This document shows positions 43,401-50,907 of a stretch of DNA of 61,486 nucleotides, piece after piece. A program made the translations under genes and the position numbers. The notes beneath the pieces are model-generated. The model searched no databases. It had not been told where the DNA came from and worked only from the letters and a program-made list of their open reading frames with translations. Position 1 is the stretch's first letter. Every line of letters starts with the position of its first letter. Location: positions 1 through 61,486 of the IMG/VR virus record IMGVR_UViG_3300032215_000085; one strand, given 5' to 3'. Source of the stretch: a virus (lineage: Duplodnaviria > Caudoviricetes).

Positions 43401-46400
43401 CTTACTGGAAATACGCCAAAGTTTGGTATGTTAGTTACCGGTTACTCAATACCAGCAAATACTTTTGTTATTGGGGTGTCTGGTGAGTATGTATCATTGT
43501 CTAATATTGTTAGAAAAACTCCGCAGGTGCAATTTGTAGATTTTACTGGTGTAATTTATAATCTTAATACAAGACTAAATCAGGGTACAACTACTATTAC
43601 TGGTACTTCAGGTGATACGTCAATCGCTTTGAATTATTCAGTCACTAACTTACAGCCAGGACAAATCAAAGGACTACAATTATATTTCTACAAAATAATT
43701 AATCCATATACATATGTTGACCCAAGATCAGGTGGTGCAACTATCAAAGTATTCAAGCCAAACTTTGCAGTACAAAGCATAACAGATGAATATTTTATTC
43801 AAATTATTGATCCTGGTACTATTTACACGGGCGGAGACACTATTGTAATTAAAGGTAGTAATTTGGGAGGTGTTGACGGTGTTAATGATGCTAAGATAAC
43901 AGTAAATATGGCTGATAGTCATGGTGGAATAAACGTATATGAATTGCACGGGGTAGCAGTACATGTGTTTGCACAATATTATGTTAAACCAATAAGTCAA
44001 ACACAAGTGGCATTATTCTACGATGCCGCACTGTTGAGACCTGTACCAAATAATGCCTTTACATTCCATAGTGGTGATTACGCATATATCCCAGAACCAA
44101 TCTATATTACATCTGGGCACACTCGTAGTCCTTATAGTTTAGTAAACTATAATAACACTTTGTATCGTTGTATTACAAGTAATCACGACATTACATTTGA
44201 TTTTAACAAATGGGAAGAAGTACGCAGTGATGAATTTGATTTGAATGCATTAGATAGAATCATGGGGTTCTATAACCCAACAGATAATATGCCAGGTAAA
44301 AATTTACCAATGTTAGTTTCTGGTATTGATTATCCAAACAATACTTATTTTGGTCAATCTTTTAATGATTTAGTAAATGAACTAGACACTATATTAAAGG
44401 ATCAAATATTCTACCCTAGCAATATTAATTTATACGGTATTATAGTAACTGACCAGAATGTTTTGGTTGCAATCGGTGATACCGAATCGTATTCTATTAT
44501 AATGTTGAGTTACGACACCGGAGTTACTTGGACTATTAAACAAATCAGTAAAAACGTATTAAATGTACAAGATATTATATATGACGAAGGACATTATGTT
44601 ATCGTAACAGGCAACATACATTCACCAATACTTACTAGTAACGATTTAGAACATTGGGTATCAGTGGGTGATTTTACACCATATGATACTACTAAGTTTG
44701 ATGATACAGGATACGATAGTTCCTCAATCTCTGCACCAAAAGACAAACTGCATAGTGTAATTTATAATAACAATTTCTATATTGCTGTAGGTGATGAGTT
44801 ATTGGTTAGTACAGATAGTTATACTTGGAACGTTCAATATAGCTTTCAAAGTCAATTGCCTCAACAATTTAACCGTGTAGCATATGTATCATCTGCGTTC
44901 TTTGATGGTTATATTGCTACTGGTCTTGGTACAATTACAAATACTACTGTTAATGGTTATACATCATTAGTTTCTACTTCTAAAACCTTCAGAAGTTTGA
45001 ATGGTTTGGATTGGCAAGAAATACTACCAAGAGTAGTAACAACTGGATTGAATGTAATATTGTCATCAGGAACTATAATAATTTTAGCTGGTGATAATTA
45101 TAAGGTATTTACATCAACTAACTCACATGCATGGGATCCGGCAGCAATTAATGGAGCCGCAAAAACATCAAACTTGTTGAACGGATTATATGCTAATGGA
45201 ATGTTTATTATTGTAGGTGATGATGGTACCATTATAACTAGTTCAGATGGAATTAACTGGAGTGAGGTAGAATCTAATACTACTAAATCATTGTTTGCAG
45301 TCACATACACCAATAATCATTGGATTATTGTTGGTGCTGATGCTACTATTTTACGTAGTAATGATGCTGTTATTTGGGAAAATGTATCATTGATTAAGAC
45401 AGAAGAAAACTTCTATCAAATCAAAGGTGATCCGTTTATATCTGGTTATGGTCCAGAAGAATTAGTGCCAAGCGTATTGACAGATACATTGACTATGACA
45501 GTAACTACACGTCCAGGAAGTACGTGGGCAGTTGAAGATTACCCATTCAATGGATTTACAGTTAAAACATTTACAAATGCACTTACTAGTTTACCAATTG
45601 ATTTTTCAATGGTTACTGAAAATCCCGCACAACTTGCAGTGTACTTAATGGACTCTTCTACCAATTTAGGACTTAGAATCTATGAAGATATTACACCTAC
45701 ATCAACTAATAGCTATTCATATTCTATTGATTGGATTAAACAATCAATCACACTAAGTACATTGGATAGTATAAGTTTATACGATGATACTAAACATTTG
45801 CAAATTGAAGTCTATGAATTTGGTAATGGTAATCAAGAAACAAGAAGCAATTCACAGAATATGCCATTACGTATTGACTCGGTGACTGGTCATAGCGAAA
45901 TATGGTTAGGTTTTGCATATGCACCAACTGTGTACGCTACACCGATTGTCTACCTAAACGGTAAGCCTTTAATATACTTAGATGACTATGTAATTTCTAC
46001 TACTGCATCTAAGCAAGCTAAATTGTTGTTCAATACAACATATCATCCTGAAAATGATTATTTAAGTTTTGTAATAATGGGTACACCAGTAAACTTTAAA
46101 CAAAATAGTTTTAGTGTACCGCAAACACAAATATTTGAAGTTGCACCTTCTATAACTAGTTTGACGTTAGATAATTTTGTTGGTTTACCCTCAGGCGGAT
46201 ATACAAATGATGTGGATGCTATCGTAGAATATAACGGTTCACGTTTAATTTCTACTGTAGACTATACTATCGCAGTTGATACTGGTACAGAAATTGGTAC
46301 AGTGACATTGTTGTTCAATCCAGCATCTGATGAAGATTTAATTAGTGTCACTACATTCCATGACACACATGACCAATACTTGTTAACAGAAAATATTAAC

Positions 46401-47525
46401 ACACTACAAATAACTCCATTAGTATATGTCAATACTGATAAGGGTGATTTGACATTGATTGTTACTTCAACCCCTGAGTTTATTACCGGTGACTTGATAA
46501 CAGTTGATGGAATAGTAGGTACTACCCAGTTAAATGGCAACAAATATTATGCTAGATTATTGGATTCGGTAACAGAAGGTTCAATCACATATCAACCAAT
46601 TAAATTATTTTATGATTCTTTATTAGCAAAACCAGTAACTGGAAAAGTATTAACAAAGTATGTTTCTGGCGGATACGTTTGGAAATCTTCTAATACATAC
46701 GTAATAAATCAACCTAGTTTAACGTTAACTAATATCAATAGATTATTTGTAACGGTTAATGGATACAGAGTTGATAATAGTAGATTAAAATTAAAGAGCG
46801 GAAACAAACTTAACATATTGGAAGCAATCAATATTGGTGACAAAGTTGTAATCACTAGCATGATTTCTAACCCTACACCAAATCAAATGGTATATGTAAA
46901 TCATATTGATAAAAACGGTGAACAGTTAATATACCGTGCTAATTCGGGTGTAAGAACTTGGTTAGCAAAAGATTTAGAAGTACTAGATAGCCAAATATAT
47001 GTTGATAATGTTGCTAAGTTATTAGATTTAGTTAAGGAAAAAGTAGTTGCAGTTGTTGTAAATGATACTGTTGCATGTTTTGTTAACTATGCAGTTGAGA
47101 CTATTAAAGAAATTTCTGTATATAATATCTCTACACTAACTCAAATTAGTCCTGAAAATATTACTTTGTCTATTAGAAATTCTAGACCAGTAATCTATAT
47201 AGCTAAGGGGGCTTCTGAATCTGATAATTTAGAAGTTTCTTTGCGCTTAGGTAATACTATTAATATTGATGGGGAAATTATTACTTTTAAGAAGGTTAAT
47301 ACTAAAACTAACATCATCTCAGGAATTACCCGAGGAGTTAATGGATCTGGTGCTAGAAAAATGCACACTGAATATACTATGGTTTATGGAGTTAAGTTGA
47401 CTAACACATTGTTCAATTACTACTACAACCGTACTTGGAACAGTGAGGAATACTCAGCAGAGGGTGATCCATTACAAATTAGTGACAGCTTCCCGGCTAA
47501 CTTCTTACAGGTCGGTACAGAATAA
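31404..47525 (+). CDS. Giant (5373 aa) multidomain baseplate/receptor-binding structural protein in the gp7 position
   Basis: Uninterrupted 16.1-kb ORF after gp6; FG-GAP-like repeats, CBM5/12-like segments, Asp-box repeats. Confidence 0.75.
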   Translation: MANRVRTLDFLPEIFRTETNNQFLGATLDQLITLPKLDKIEGYIGRKFEYGLTASDSYIVEPNKVRQQYQFEPGVVFTKTNTSTAVDFLTYPGLVDALAAENGSVINHSKLFANQFYSWDSFVDLDKLVNFSQYYWLPDGPDVVDVKTSLLYNKLDYVVTNQSIDYQISANDISLGKNPIISLLRGGTYTFNISQPNKFYIQTSPGTSGKNPSRTNLSNREIYGVDNNGINSGFMTFTVPYATDQDNIRYPGNNPVDIVTTLPFEKIHGMPLSKLKDIDGVNSLRNRTLMFYGFKPGTTAKLTNFYDNVAFDEVTYDGGDLTVITNNFYKINYVSEDGGDPVIILTEHKVIPTNQKITAIFGETFISRDFVKNQLGEIVKLAQITADLDTLYYQDAVDPLKTGLIKLVEDNVSHKINVETDILGKKTYKSPFGVVFTNGMKINFVGSILPESYRDKKYYVEGVGTGIQLIPETDVLVPETFSQIVYKSYDNEGFDTSTFSERLNVPVVKDYITISRNARNRNAWSRSNRWFHIDVLKATALYSSGKISNAALNNADNRAKRPIIEFYPNLKLFNSGTVHKTFVDFIDTTTTNANTQVSGKTSYIPDGSLPLFDGATIVFTADTDIEVRNKIFTVKFQSITGFGTPVITLTNANKDVILANEQVVSKRGTNNVGKTYYFSGSTWTYAQAKTLINQPPIFDVFDINGISFNNQSYYQGSDFKGSKLFSYATGTGTDDTVLGFPIKYSSVANIGDINFNVDFNSDTFNFIKNFVSTTYKITDGYVHNYTSRTGYSRKIGWETAVGESFQYQAFEFQYQIGVTTPSIKFNILPVTGSPWPTVRVFADSTELTTSQFTVTTSTKLNQTVITLLYPPTVNTMMQVLIYSNDPLDSKAYFTIPSNLSNNPFNVDIPELSLGDLRGHYQSIYKNSRKVTGDVFGANNFRDAGNLISYSTKIIRNSAPMVNLAAFMRHNEYNLIDSLSFNAQEYVKFKQLMLSTVDQSEYIPTMSGAQMLDDVLQQIASYKQESDSFFWSDMLPARAPYISKTYTFNAFIDTSFFPLSKIYDFKNANYNSILVYSKNTISGIDRYTQLIKDLDYTISSTQPKLQITKDLVAGDTIIINEFNTTYGSYVPSTPSKLGLYPASRPSIVLDNSYLIPTYFIKGHDGSLTKLYGAYNNGYLEDFKDKVLLEFETRIYNNIKVSSPIPINEDEIIPGYFRSTGNSLTEVQNIYSANFLDWAGKNNIDFANNFYSTSEKFTWNYKDSTDKNNKVITQGFWRGIYLWYYDTTTPHSTPWEMLGLSDKPSWWDSRYGEAPYTSDNAVLWSDIEAGRVNGAVNSRRTRPGLSKILPVDSYGNLKNPFNTMIRDYSKSVFNTAWDVGDVGPAEYSYRRSSNWPFDLMKIIALLKPAKFFSLSQDIDLYTYSPEFNQFLLDGFLHENKIPLLYGSGTAQHSYMNWIVDYVQRTGHVGYDNVTTLLNNLDVRLIYRIAGFTDKEYLNFYLEKTSTNSNNVSLLLPSESYNVILYQNQPEFTIRYSSIIIQRTLNGYSVTGNNQTRSYFMTYTSDPDGTYKEIEVNGIKVNIPNNYNTKIKYVPYGNVFATAQALGEFIINYGRYLTDQGIQFDNQENGFILNWDQMVAEALYWVGANWEVGSLISINPIANRLVIDKDSLIVQPLSAQDKNFILNQNLYAIHTSDLAILRDDTRFEVRPLNDGDTISYFTASLNSLEHGIVFDNVSLFNDTIFNKLTGLRQNRLFLRGQKTAEWNGTLNAQGFILNQDNIENWSANVKYVKGSIITYQNKYWMANKTVLASLTFNTNDWIETDYEKIQKGLLPNASTRASESALYYDTKTANLKNDGDLLGFSLIGYRPREYLSASDLSDISQVNLFKSFIGEKGTKNAVNIAQNITLDVGQIKYDVYENWAIKTAEYGGITNHNFIEFKLSKTQLTGNPNIIGIVNDTPEPGLLQTVPLYGLTNFGSVIADINILPRKPLDYFEKLPSAGYVNFNDIKMYSFSFDRLCVGTLTANDIYQGDYIWIADDYGNWKVITPIPMGTIEKHVNVINVNNNFNGTVTFEFDFPHGLVKNDTFMIVNYDSSIDGFYRVNTVGGLTTVTVDLSLPSEITVITSLGIASKFQTQRITTTKELSNLLLMNDGASQQKIWIDTDQNGKWAVYQKDLSYKYTNLLKKSGTQNFGNAVIFDKDLGVYVGDPGAKTIYRYAYAKAGTYGVTSLNANTYEYKESVYVNTTGFGTAMAKSDDIIVITSPDAANSYIYIGVLHPSSHKSFVVQQLITIAGKRVGDAVALSGDKKWLYLNSLAEAKVYVYRLDDNPNRISAGFVLSSPIDLYATGFIVAGDQSDGLGHGDKISFTNAIKAETYIIETAEYDLGTNKTTFYIQGNFKSPVVNGTTVYKVTYNYSSVTTLDVSDVIPAWSGSTSYSVGAVVYYSGNTYIAVGGSTNQNPRTQTVYWKVSNTGFGTTLSTNYDGSKVFISAPALDFTPTLFNMGAVYVYTRIVQNITYVRDSLDWTDLTTKLAWAPFNGISVIHNGNLLVPNIDYTTTSNLVTFKYPFRVGAGDLVNISSGDFIFTQTLTPYDYRTSIRSGIAFGTGLDTNRFGNDVLVGAPFDISPENYEGAVYRYTHEGKKYGTVTGIRPVTLSYGAVIFINGFAVPIPGTGVTDIVKAINGLGLSPDQSLNVGATEMPGGILRLYLIDNTLGKLNDKLTISAFYKSVLDDLGIAEYTQTQTIREVHSTTHPTQFGYSIKFNEYNSVAISAPVANRFAATTFDFIDDSKSNNDTYFDNNFTRFVDSFANAGAVFVYDYIAEYNESLTNLGSYVFAQSCNDLITNVGPNAFYGKKLAFSEYNLVVGIPDNLSGDGFNGRVIVYRNSTNKPNWNIFRKSNVIVDIDKLSGVQIYNNDTNERIQSLDYIDPLQGKLLGVVLENLDYIDSIDPAGYNTDVRNHNLVWSSEHVGKLWFDTSSTRFVNYHQEDNVYNSKYWGTVFPDSTVSVYTWVESDVTPVNYAGTGRPYDLESYTTTVEVDSAGSLVLKYYYWVKNTNVIQIVKGKTLSDTILELYIANPITSGVPFFAAYKPNVFGLYSASEFITDVTSSLYIGFSSGSNETPAYNEYKLIRAGYEDDFISGIPSMYTEHTEPEAMYEKLLDSLAGMDSQGRVVPDIYLPKLMQTGTAYRPRQSMFKNRLKALSNYFGYANNVLKQYPIAEFKTPSLLGSSNSASSTVRAPTFFTITGIDFDTTKYWEYTYWWAEGYSVNTKIDVEVSKYYGLATLIPNTGTIAGVTANSEGKREVYVYNGKSWDRIGLEQGTIQIKESLWNYSGNKIGFDSNFFDLDAYDSYPSMETRYIIRALNEQIYTETLRIHRNKSLILLFEYIVSENTTSQNNLTWLNKTSLVDVQHTLRELAQDKNYKRDNQVFLEGFINEVKPYRVVIKEFLLKYTKSESYTGQVTDFDLPGRYNPTIDRFITPNLVFDSVKATGQVLPTNTIWTDSLYSDWYNNYGISLTGKANTPITSLAVYLDTISAVLYVNDAFGLPITGRIKIDDEYIDYSQINREKGKLYSLTRGAGNSDIAEHIPGTTVYIDLPGVVLLDSGRDYIDPPQISAVVDTTIYPAPTRPATLVPIMSSGKVIDIVVTDPGLGYTTKPDIVIQASVTVLFDSADINYVDNTININAVSLITGDAIKYTKGLTSLGISGLQNKKYYYVRVISSDNLFHKKSVIALYTTKNNAMIDSHRVNLAESVNSINNRLEVSARAVPIISNTPTRELTSTLKFDRTSYRTKVEDWISGEYYGSLVTNNGTESSLDLPVNYAIPYPGVTGVATHPGRLTDGAGAIFNIYNILFGLIYDAEITFEGTSYDVGDIVTIAGANLGGTTPTNNCRLTVTAISNVGGITAVTVAGTPSTVTRASIQQAILPITSVGSVNATIASTTAGSIFGNQFVASGTIQGLFIPGMILSGGTIPAYSVYITEVVTAKFTAEIFGTSTVKILTGNTPKFGMLVTGYSIPANTFVIGVSGEYVSLSNIVRKTPQVQFVDFTGVIYNLNTRLNQGTTTITGTSGDTSIALNYSVTNLQPGQIKGLQLYFYKIINPYTYVDPRSGGATIKVFKPNFAVQSITDEYFIQIIDPGTIYTGGDTIVIKGSNLGGVDGVNDAKITVNMADSHGGINVYELHGVAVHVFAQYYVKPISQTQVALFYDAALLRPVPNNAFTFHSGDYAYIPEPIYITSGHTRSPYSLVNYNNTLYRCITSNHDITFDFNKWEEVRSDEFDLNALDRIMGFYNPTDNMPGKNLPMLVSGIDYPNNTYFGQSFNDLVNELDTILKDQIFYPSNINLYGIIVTDQNVLVAIGDTESYSIIMLSYDTGVTWTIKQISKNVLNVQDIIYDEGHYVIVTGNIHSPILTSNDLEHWVSVGDFTPYDTTKFDDTGYDSSSISAPKDKLHSVIYNNNFYIAVGDELLVSTDSYTWNVQYSFQSQLPQQFNRVAYVSSAFFDGYIATGLGTITNTTVNGYTSLVSTSKTFRSLNGLDWQEILPRVVTTGLNVILSSGTIIILAGDNYKVFTSTNSHAWDPAAINGAAKTSNLLNGLYANGMFIIVGDDGTIITSSDGINWSEVESNTTKSLFAVTYTNNHWIIVGADATILRSNDAVIWENVSLIKTEENFYQIKGDPFISGYGPEELVPSVLTDTLTMTVTTRPGSTWAVEDYPFNGFTVKTFTNALTSLPIDFSMVTENPAQLAVYLMDSSTNLGLRIYEDITPTSTNSYSYSIDWIKQSITLSTLDSISLYDDTKHLQIEVYEFGNGNQETRSNSQNMPLRIDSVTGHSEIWLGFAYAPTVYATPIVYLNGKPLIYLDDYVISTTASKQAKLLFNTTYHPENDYLSFVIMGTPVNFKQNSFSVPQTQIFEVAPSITSLTLDNFVGLPSGGYTNDVDAIVEYNGSRLISTVDYTIAVDTGTEIGTVTLLFNPASDEDLISVTTFHDTHDQYLLTENINTLQITPLVYVNTDKGDLTLIVTSTPEFITGDLITVDGIVGTTQLNGNKYYARLLDSVTEGSITYQPIKLFYDSLLAKPVTGKVLTKYVSGGYVWKSSNTYVINQPSLTLTNINRLFVTVNGYRVDNSRLKLKSGNKLNILEAINIGDKVVITSMISNPTPNQMVYVNHIDKNGEQLIYRANSGVRTWLAKDLEVLDSQIYVDNVAKLLDLVKEKVVAVVVNDTVACFVNYAVETIKEISVYNISTLTQISPENITLSIRNSRPVIYIAKGASESDNLEVSLRLGNTINIDGEIITFKKVNTKTNIISGITRGVNGSGARKMHTEYTMVYGVKLTNTLFNYYYNRTWNSEEYSAEGDPLQISDSFPANFLQVGTE

Positions 47526-47542
47526 ATGATAAATAAACTATT

Positions 47543-47680
47543 ATGAACGAAAAACCAGAAAAAACGGAAGAAAAAGAAGTAAAACCTAATGAACAAAGCG
47601 GGTTTTTATTCAGTTCCTTTCTTAAAATAACTGATCCCAATACTAAGGAAATACTAGTGCAAGTCAGGGGTGATAACTAA
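47543..47680 (+). CDS. Small protein (45 aa, not in ORF track)
   Basis: MNEKPEK...LKITDPNTKEILVQVRGDN; late motif GATAAATA at 47528; TAATG coupling to next gene. Confidence 0.65.
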   Translation: MNEKPEKTEEKEVKPNEQSGFLFSSFLKITDPNTKEILVQVRGDN

Positions 47681-48297
47681 TGTCAATTCAAAACGTGTTA
47701 AAAATTGAAGGATTTGTCAAACTGACAGACCCTAATACGGGTGAAGTCTTACTAGATAAGAAGAATGCTATCCATTATGAGAACATTTCGCAAGCTATTG
47801 CAGATGCACTTAGCAATCGTGGCTATGGTGGAATCTATAAAATGGCGTTTGGTAATGGTGGAACCAGTGTTGATGACACCGGTATTATTACATATTTGCC
47901 ACCAAATACAGTGGGTATTAATGCTAGTTTGTACAATCAGACTTACGCTAAGATTGTAGATGATACTAGTATTTTAAATACTGACCCTTCAAGAAATAAA
48001 ATGATTATCAGTCACGTTACTGGTAAAGTTTATACCGACATTATCGTGCAGTGTTTACTAGACTTTGGTGAACCCAACGGACAAACAGCGTTTGATAATG
48101 GTACTCAGACAGAATCATTGTACACCTTTGACGAAATGGGTATTTTAGCTGGATATGGAATGGATTCGTCTGGTAATGAGCAGACAAGATTATTAACTCA
48201 TGTGATTTTTCACCCCGTTCAAAAAAGTTTGAACAGACAAATTCAATTGGACTACACAATCAGGATTCAAAGCTTGACAAACGTAGTGACAATTTAA
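47680..48297 (+). CDS. Baseplate/tail-fibre attachment-like structural protein
   Basis: MAFGNGG, FDEMG, HVIFHPVQKS, YTIRI; late operon context. Confidence 0.55.
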   Translation: MSIQNVLKIEGFVKLTDPNTGEVLLDKKNAIHYENISQAIADALSNRGYGGIYKMAFGNGGTSVDDTGIITYLPPNTVGINASLYNQTYAKIVDDTSILNTDPSRNKMIISHVTGKVYTDIIVQCLLDFGEPNGQTAFDNGTQTESLYTFDEMGILAGYGMDSSGNEQTRLLTHVIFHPVQKSLNRQIQLDYTIRIQSLTNVVTI

Positions 48298-48331
48298 GAT
48301 AAATATTTAAAGACTCTGGAGCAACAAGCAA

Positions 48332-49543
48332 ATGGCATATACAATTATTAGAAGTAACGGTAGTACGTTAACTACTATTCAAGATGGTACAATCAATACT
48401 ACTAGTACCTCATTATCACTACCCGGTCGTAGCTGGTCAGGATATGGACAAGCGTTTGATACAAACTTTGTTCGTATTACTGAAAACTTTGCTGCTGGTA
48501 GCCCTCCTGCTAACCCAATGAAGGGTCAGTTATGGTTTAATACATCAACAAATACATTGAATGTATGCCCAGCAGATGGTACACTCACTGCAAGTTCTTG
48601 GTTGACATTGACTTCAACTAGTACTTCAGGAACTGCCACACTTGCTAACGTTACAGTTACTGGTAACTTATCTGCTAATAATATTAGCGTGGGTAATGTA
48701 ATCAGCGGCGATATTCTTAATGTTCGTTTAGCTAACGTATCTGGTACAATGACTGCTACTACAGGTACTATCACTACAGGTACGATTAGTACACTAACAA
48801 CTCGTACAATTACAACAGGTGGTGCAACAACTACTGGAACATTGACCGGTTCATGGTCAGTATATGGTAATACTTCAGGCAACGCTCTTGCCATTGTTAA
48901 CGGTAATCTTTCTTTTGCGTCTAGTAGTGTTAATGGTATTCGTTGCGACAACTATATGTATGCTAACGGTGTGCAATTTAATCCATCGGGTACATACACA
49001 AATGCAAACGTTGCTGACTATCTGACAGGTGCAAACAGTATTGCACAATTTACAGGTAACATTGCCCCAAGACAAATTACTACAACTCGTTTAGCAGGTG
49101 GCGGAACAGTTGCAGGTATATGGACATTAGAAACTGGTGCAAGATTCCAAGCAACATTCGCTGACTTGGCAGAACGTTATGCGGCTGATTCATATTATGA
49201 TGTTGGAACTGTAGTTCAATTAGGCGGAGACAAAGAAGTTACTGCTGTCCAAGAAGATTTAAGTTCAGACGTGTTTGGTGTTGTATCTAATAGCTATGCT
49301 TATTTGTTGAATCAGGCTGCAGGCGGTGACGATACTCATCCTCCAATCGCATTAGTCGGTCGTGTTCCAGTTAAAGTTCAAGGTCAAGTTAGAAAAGGTG
49401 ACCGCTTAGTAAGTGCAGGAAACGGACACGCACGTGCAGCCAAACTTGAAGAAGTTACTGCATATAATACTATTGGTAGAAGTTTAGCTAATAAAGAAAC
49501 CGATGGTTCTGGTACGGTAGAAGCAGTTGTAAGCATAAGATAA
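48332..49543 (+). CDS. Tail-fibre-like protein with C-terminal intramolecular-chaperone-like domain
   Basis: T/G/N-rich shaft; FADLAERY...GVVS...PIALVGRVPVKV..GDRLVS. Confidence 0.7.
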   Translation: MAYTIIRSNGSTLTTIQDGTINTTSTSLSLPGRSWSGYGQAFDTNFVRITENFAAGSPPANPMKGQLWFNTSTNTLNVCPADGTLTASSWLTLTSTSTSGTATLANVTVTGNLSANNISVGNVISGDILNVRLANVSGTMTATTGTITTGTISTLTTRTITTGGATTTGTLTGSWSVYGNTSGNALAIVNGNLSFASSSVNGIRCDNYMYANGVQFNPSGTYTNANVADYLTGANSIAQFTGNIAPRQITTTRLAGGGTVAGIWTLETGARFQATFADLAERYAADSYYDVGTVVQLGGDKEVTAVQEDLSSDVFGVVSNSYAYLLNQAAGGDDTHPPIALVGRVPVKVQGQVRKGDRLVSAGNGHARAAKLEEVTAYNTIGRSLANKETDGSGTVEAVVSIR

Positions 49544-49555
49544 GGGATACAGGAA

Positions 49556-50551
49556 ATGTCATATCAATCAACTGGATTAATCCAATCTTCAGATTACAAT
49601 AAATATTTAGGTAGTGTAACTGGAGTAGATCCGAACACAATTAACGGGTTCTTCGGAACGGGCACCAGTAGATACGGATATGGTCAAGCTGCATTGTCGC
49701 AAGTAGGTCCTACAAATAAGATTACTTCTGCACTTTGGTTAAGTTTAATTAATAATATAGTTGCCGCATCCAATCACCAGGGTACAAGTGTAACAACAAT
49801 TCCAGCAACTGATTATGAAGTGGGTGACACCATTATAACTAGTTTGCAAGGTGGAACATCAAACAGTATTTTTGCAGTTGATATTGCAACATTATTTAAT
49901 AATATGAATAATGCGGCTACTCAAGGAAGTACAACTACATACAGTTCGACAAGTCCTTCAAGTTGGAGTACTCAAATGACTGCATTATTTACAGTTACCT
50001 TTGCATCGGCTGATGCTACACGCTATTTCTTTAATGCGGGTGGACAAATTGCAATTAACTTAGCACATCCTGCAGGCGCAGGCATTAATTCACTATGGAA
50101 TAATTTATGTTTACAAGTAGGTACGTTAGTTTTAAGCGCACCTGATTCAGGTACTGTACGTATTGCTGGTACAAACTACAATGGATTTCAAAAAGTAGGA
50201 GGATCCGGTTCTCCGGTAATTACTGCATCTAATACTGGTTACTATGGATTAAGCAGTACATGGGCAACAATGTATAAACAAACTGCAAGTTCTGGTATTT
50301 CAAATTATCTACAAAGCTATTTAAGTATCAGTATGAAAACAAACGGAACTCGTGGCTCATATGGTGATAAGGGAAATATCATCTATATTGCTGTAAAATT
50401 TGACCAAGTTCCCGATGGTGGTTCGACACTATTGAGTGCAGTAGGAACTACTGCTAGCCTTACAGTTAGATCACCGTCTAGCACATATATTACTAATACA
50501 TGGGGAACGCCTTCAGTTACTTATGTAATGGGTAGTAATATTGGTTATTAA
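49556..50551 (+). CDS. Virion structural protein (fibre-associated)
   Basis: S/T/G-rich; RYFFNAGGQI motif; late operon. Confidence 0.55.
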   Translation: MSYQSTGLIQSSDYNKYLGSVTGVDPNTINGFFGTGTSRYGYGQAALSQVGPTNKITSALWLSLINNIVAASNHQGTSVTTIPATDYEVGDTIITSLQGGTSNSIFAVDIATLFNNMNNAATQGSTTTYSSTSPSSWSTQMTALFTVTFASADATRYFFNAGGQIAINLAHPAGAGINSLWNNLCLQVGTLVLSAPDSGTVRIAGTNYNGFQKVGGSGSPVITASNTGYYGLSSTWATMYKQTASSGISNYLQSYLSISMKTNGTRGSYGDKGNIIYIAVKFDQVPDGGSTLLSAVGTTASLTVRSPSSTYITNTWGTPSVTYVMGSNIGY

Positions 50552-50575
50552 AATAAAACAATAAATTTTTATCCC

Positions 50576-50583
50576 TATAAATA
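50576..50583 (+). promoter_or_regulatory. Late promoter TATAAATA (perfect T4 consensus)
   Basis: Followed by GGAGGA RBS and ATG 50602. Confidence 0.75.
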
Positions 50584-50601
50584 CTTGGAGGAGTATTTAC
50601 T

Positions 50602-50907
50602 ATGGATATCGGAAATTTAATCATATCGGCTAGAACTAGATTCAATCATAACTCAGCCAAAAAATATCTAAAACAAAAATACGACAATAAGTTAATTATT
50701 GCCGAGCAAGGTGGACTTTGGAAAATAACGCCTGAATTGATTGCAGTATTAGCAATATATCCATCTAAAACATTGATACTCAATGATATCTACGATAACC
50801 CCATAACAGTTAACAAAAATGCTTTTTTAAGCAAGGCTAGCTCAGTATATGATTCTGTAATGACTGAGTACCAAAAAGAATGGGAAGAATTAAAGAATAA
50901 CAGATGA
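50602..50907 (+). CDS. Hypothetical protein
   Basis: Strong RBS; coupled to downstream gene. Confidence 0.7.
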   Translation: MDIGNLIISARTRFNHNSAKKYLKQKYDNKLIIAEQGGLWKITPELIAVLAIYPSKTLILNDIYDNPITVNKNAFLSKASSVYDSVMTEYQKEWEELKNNR

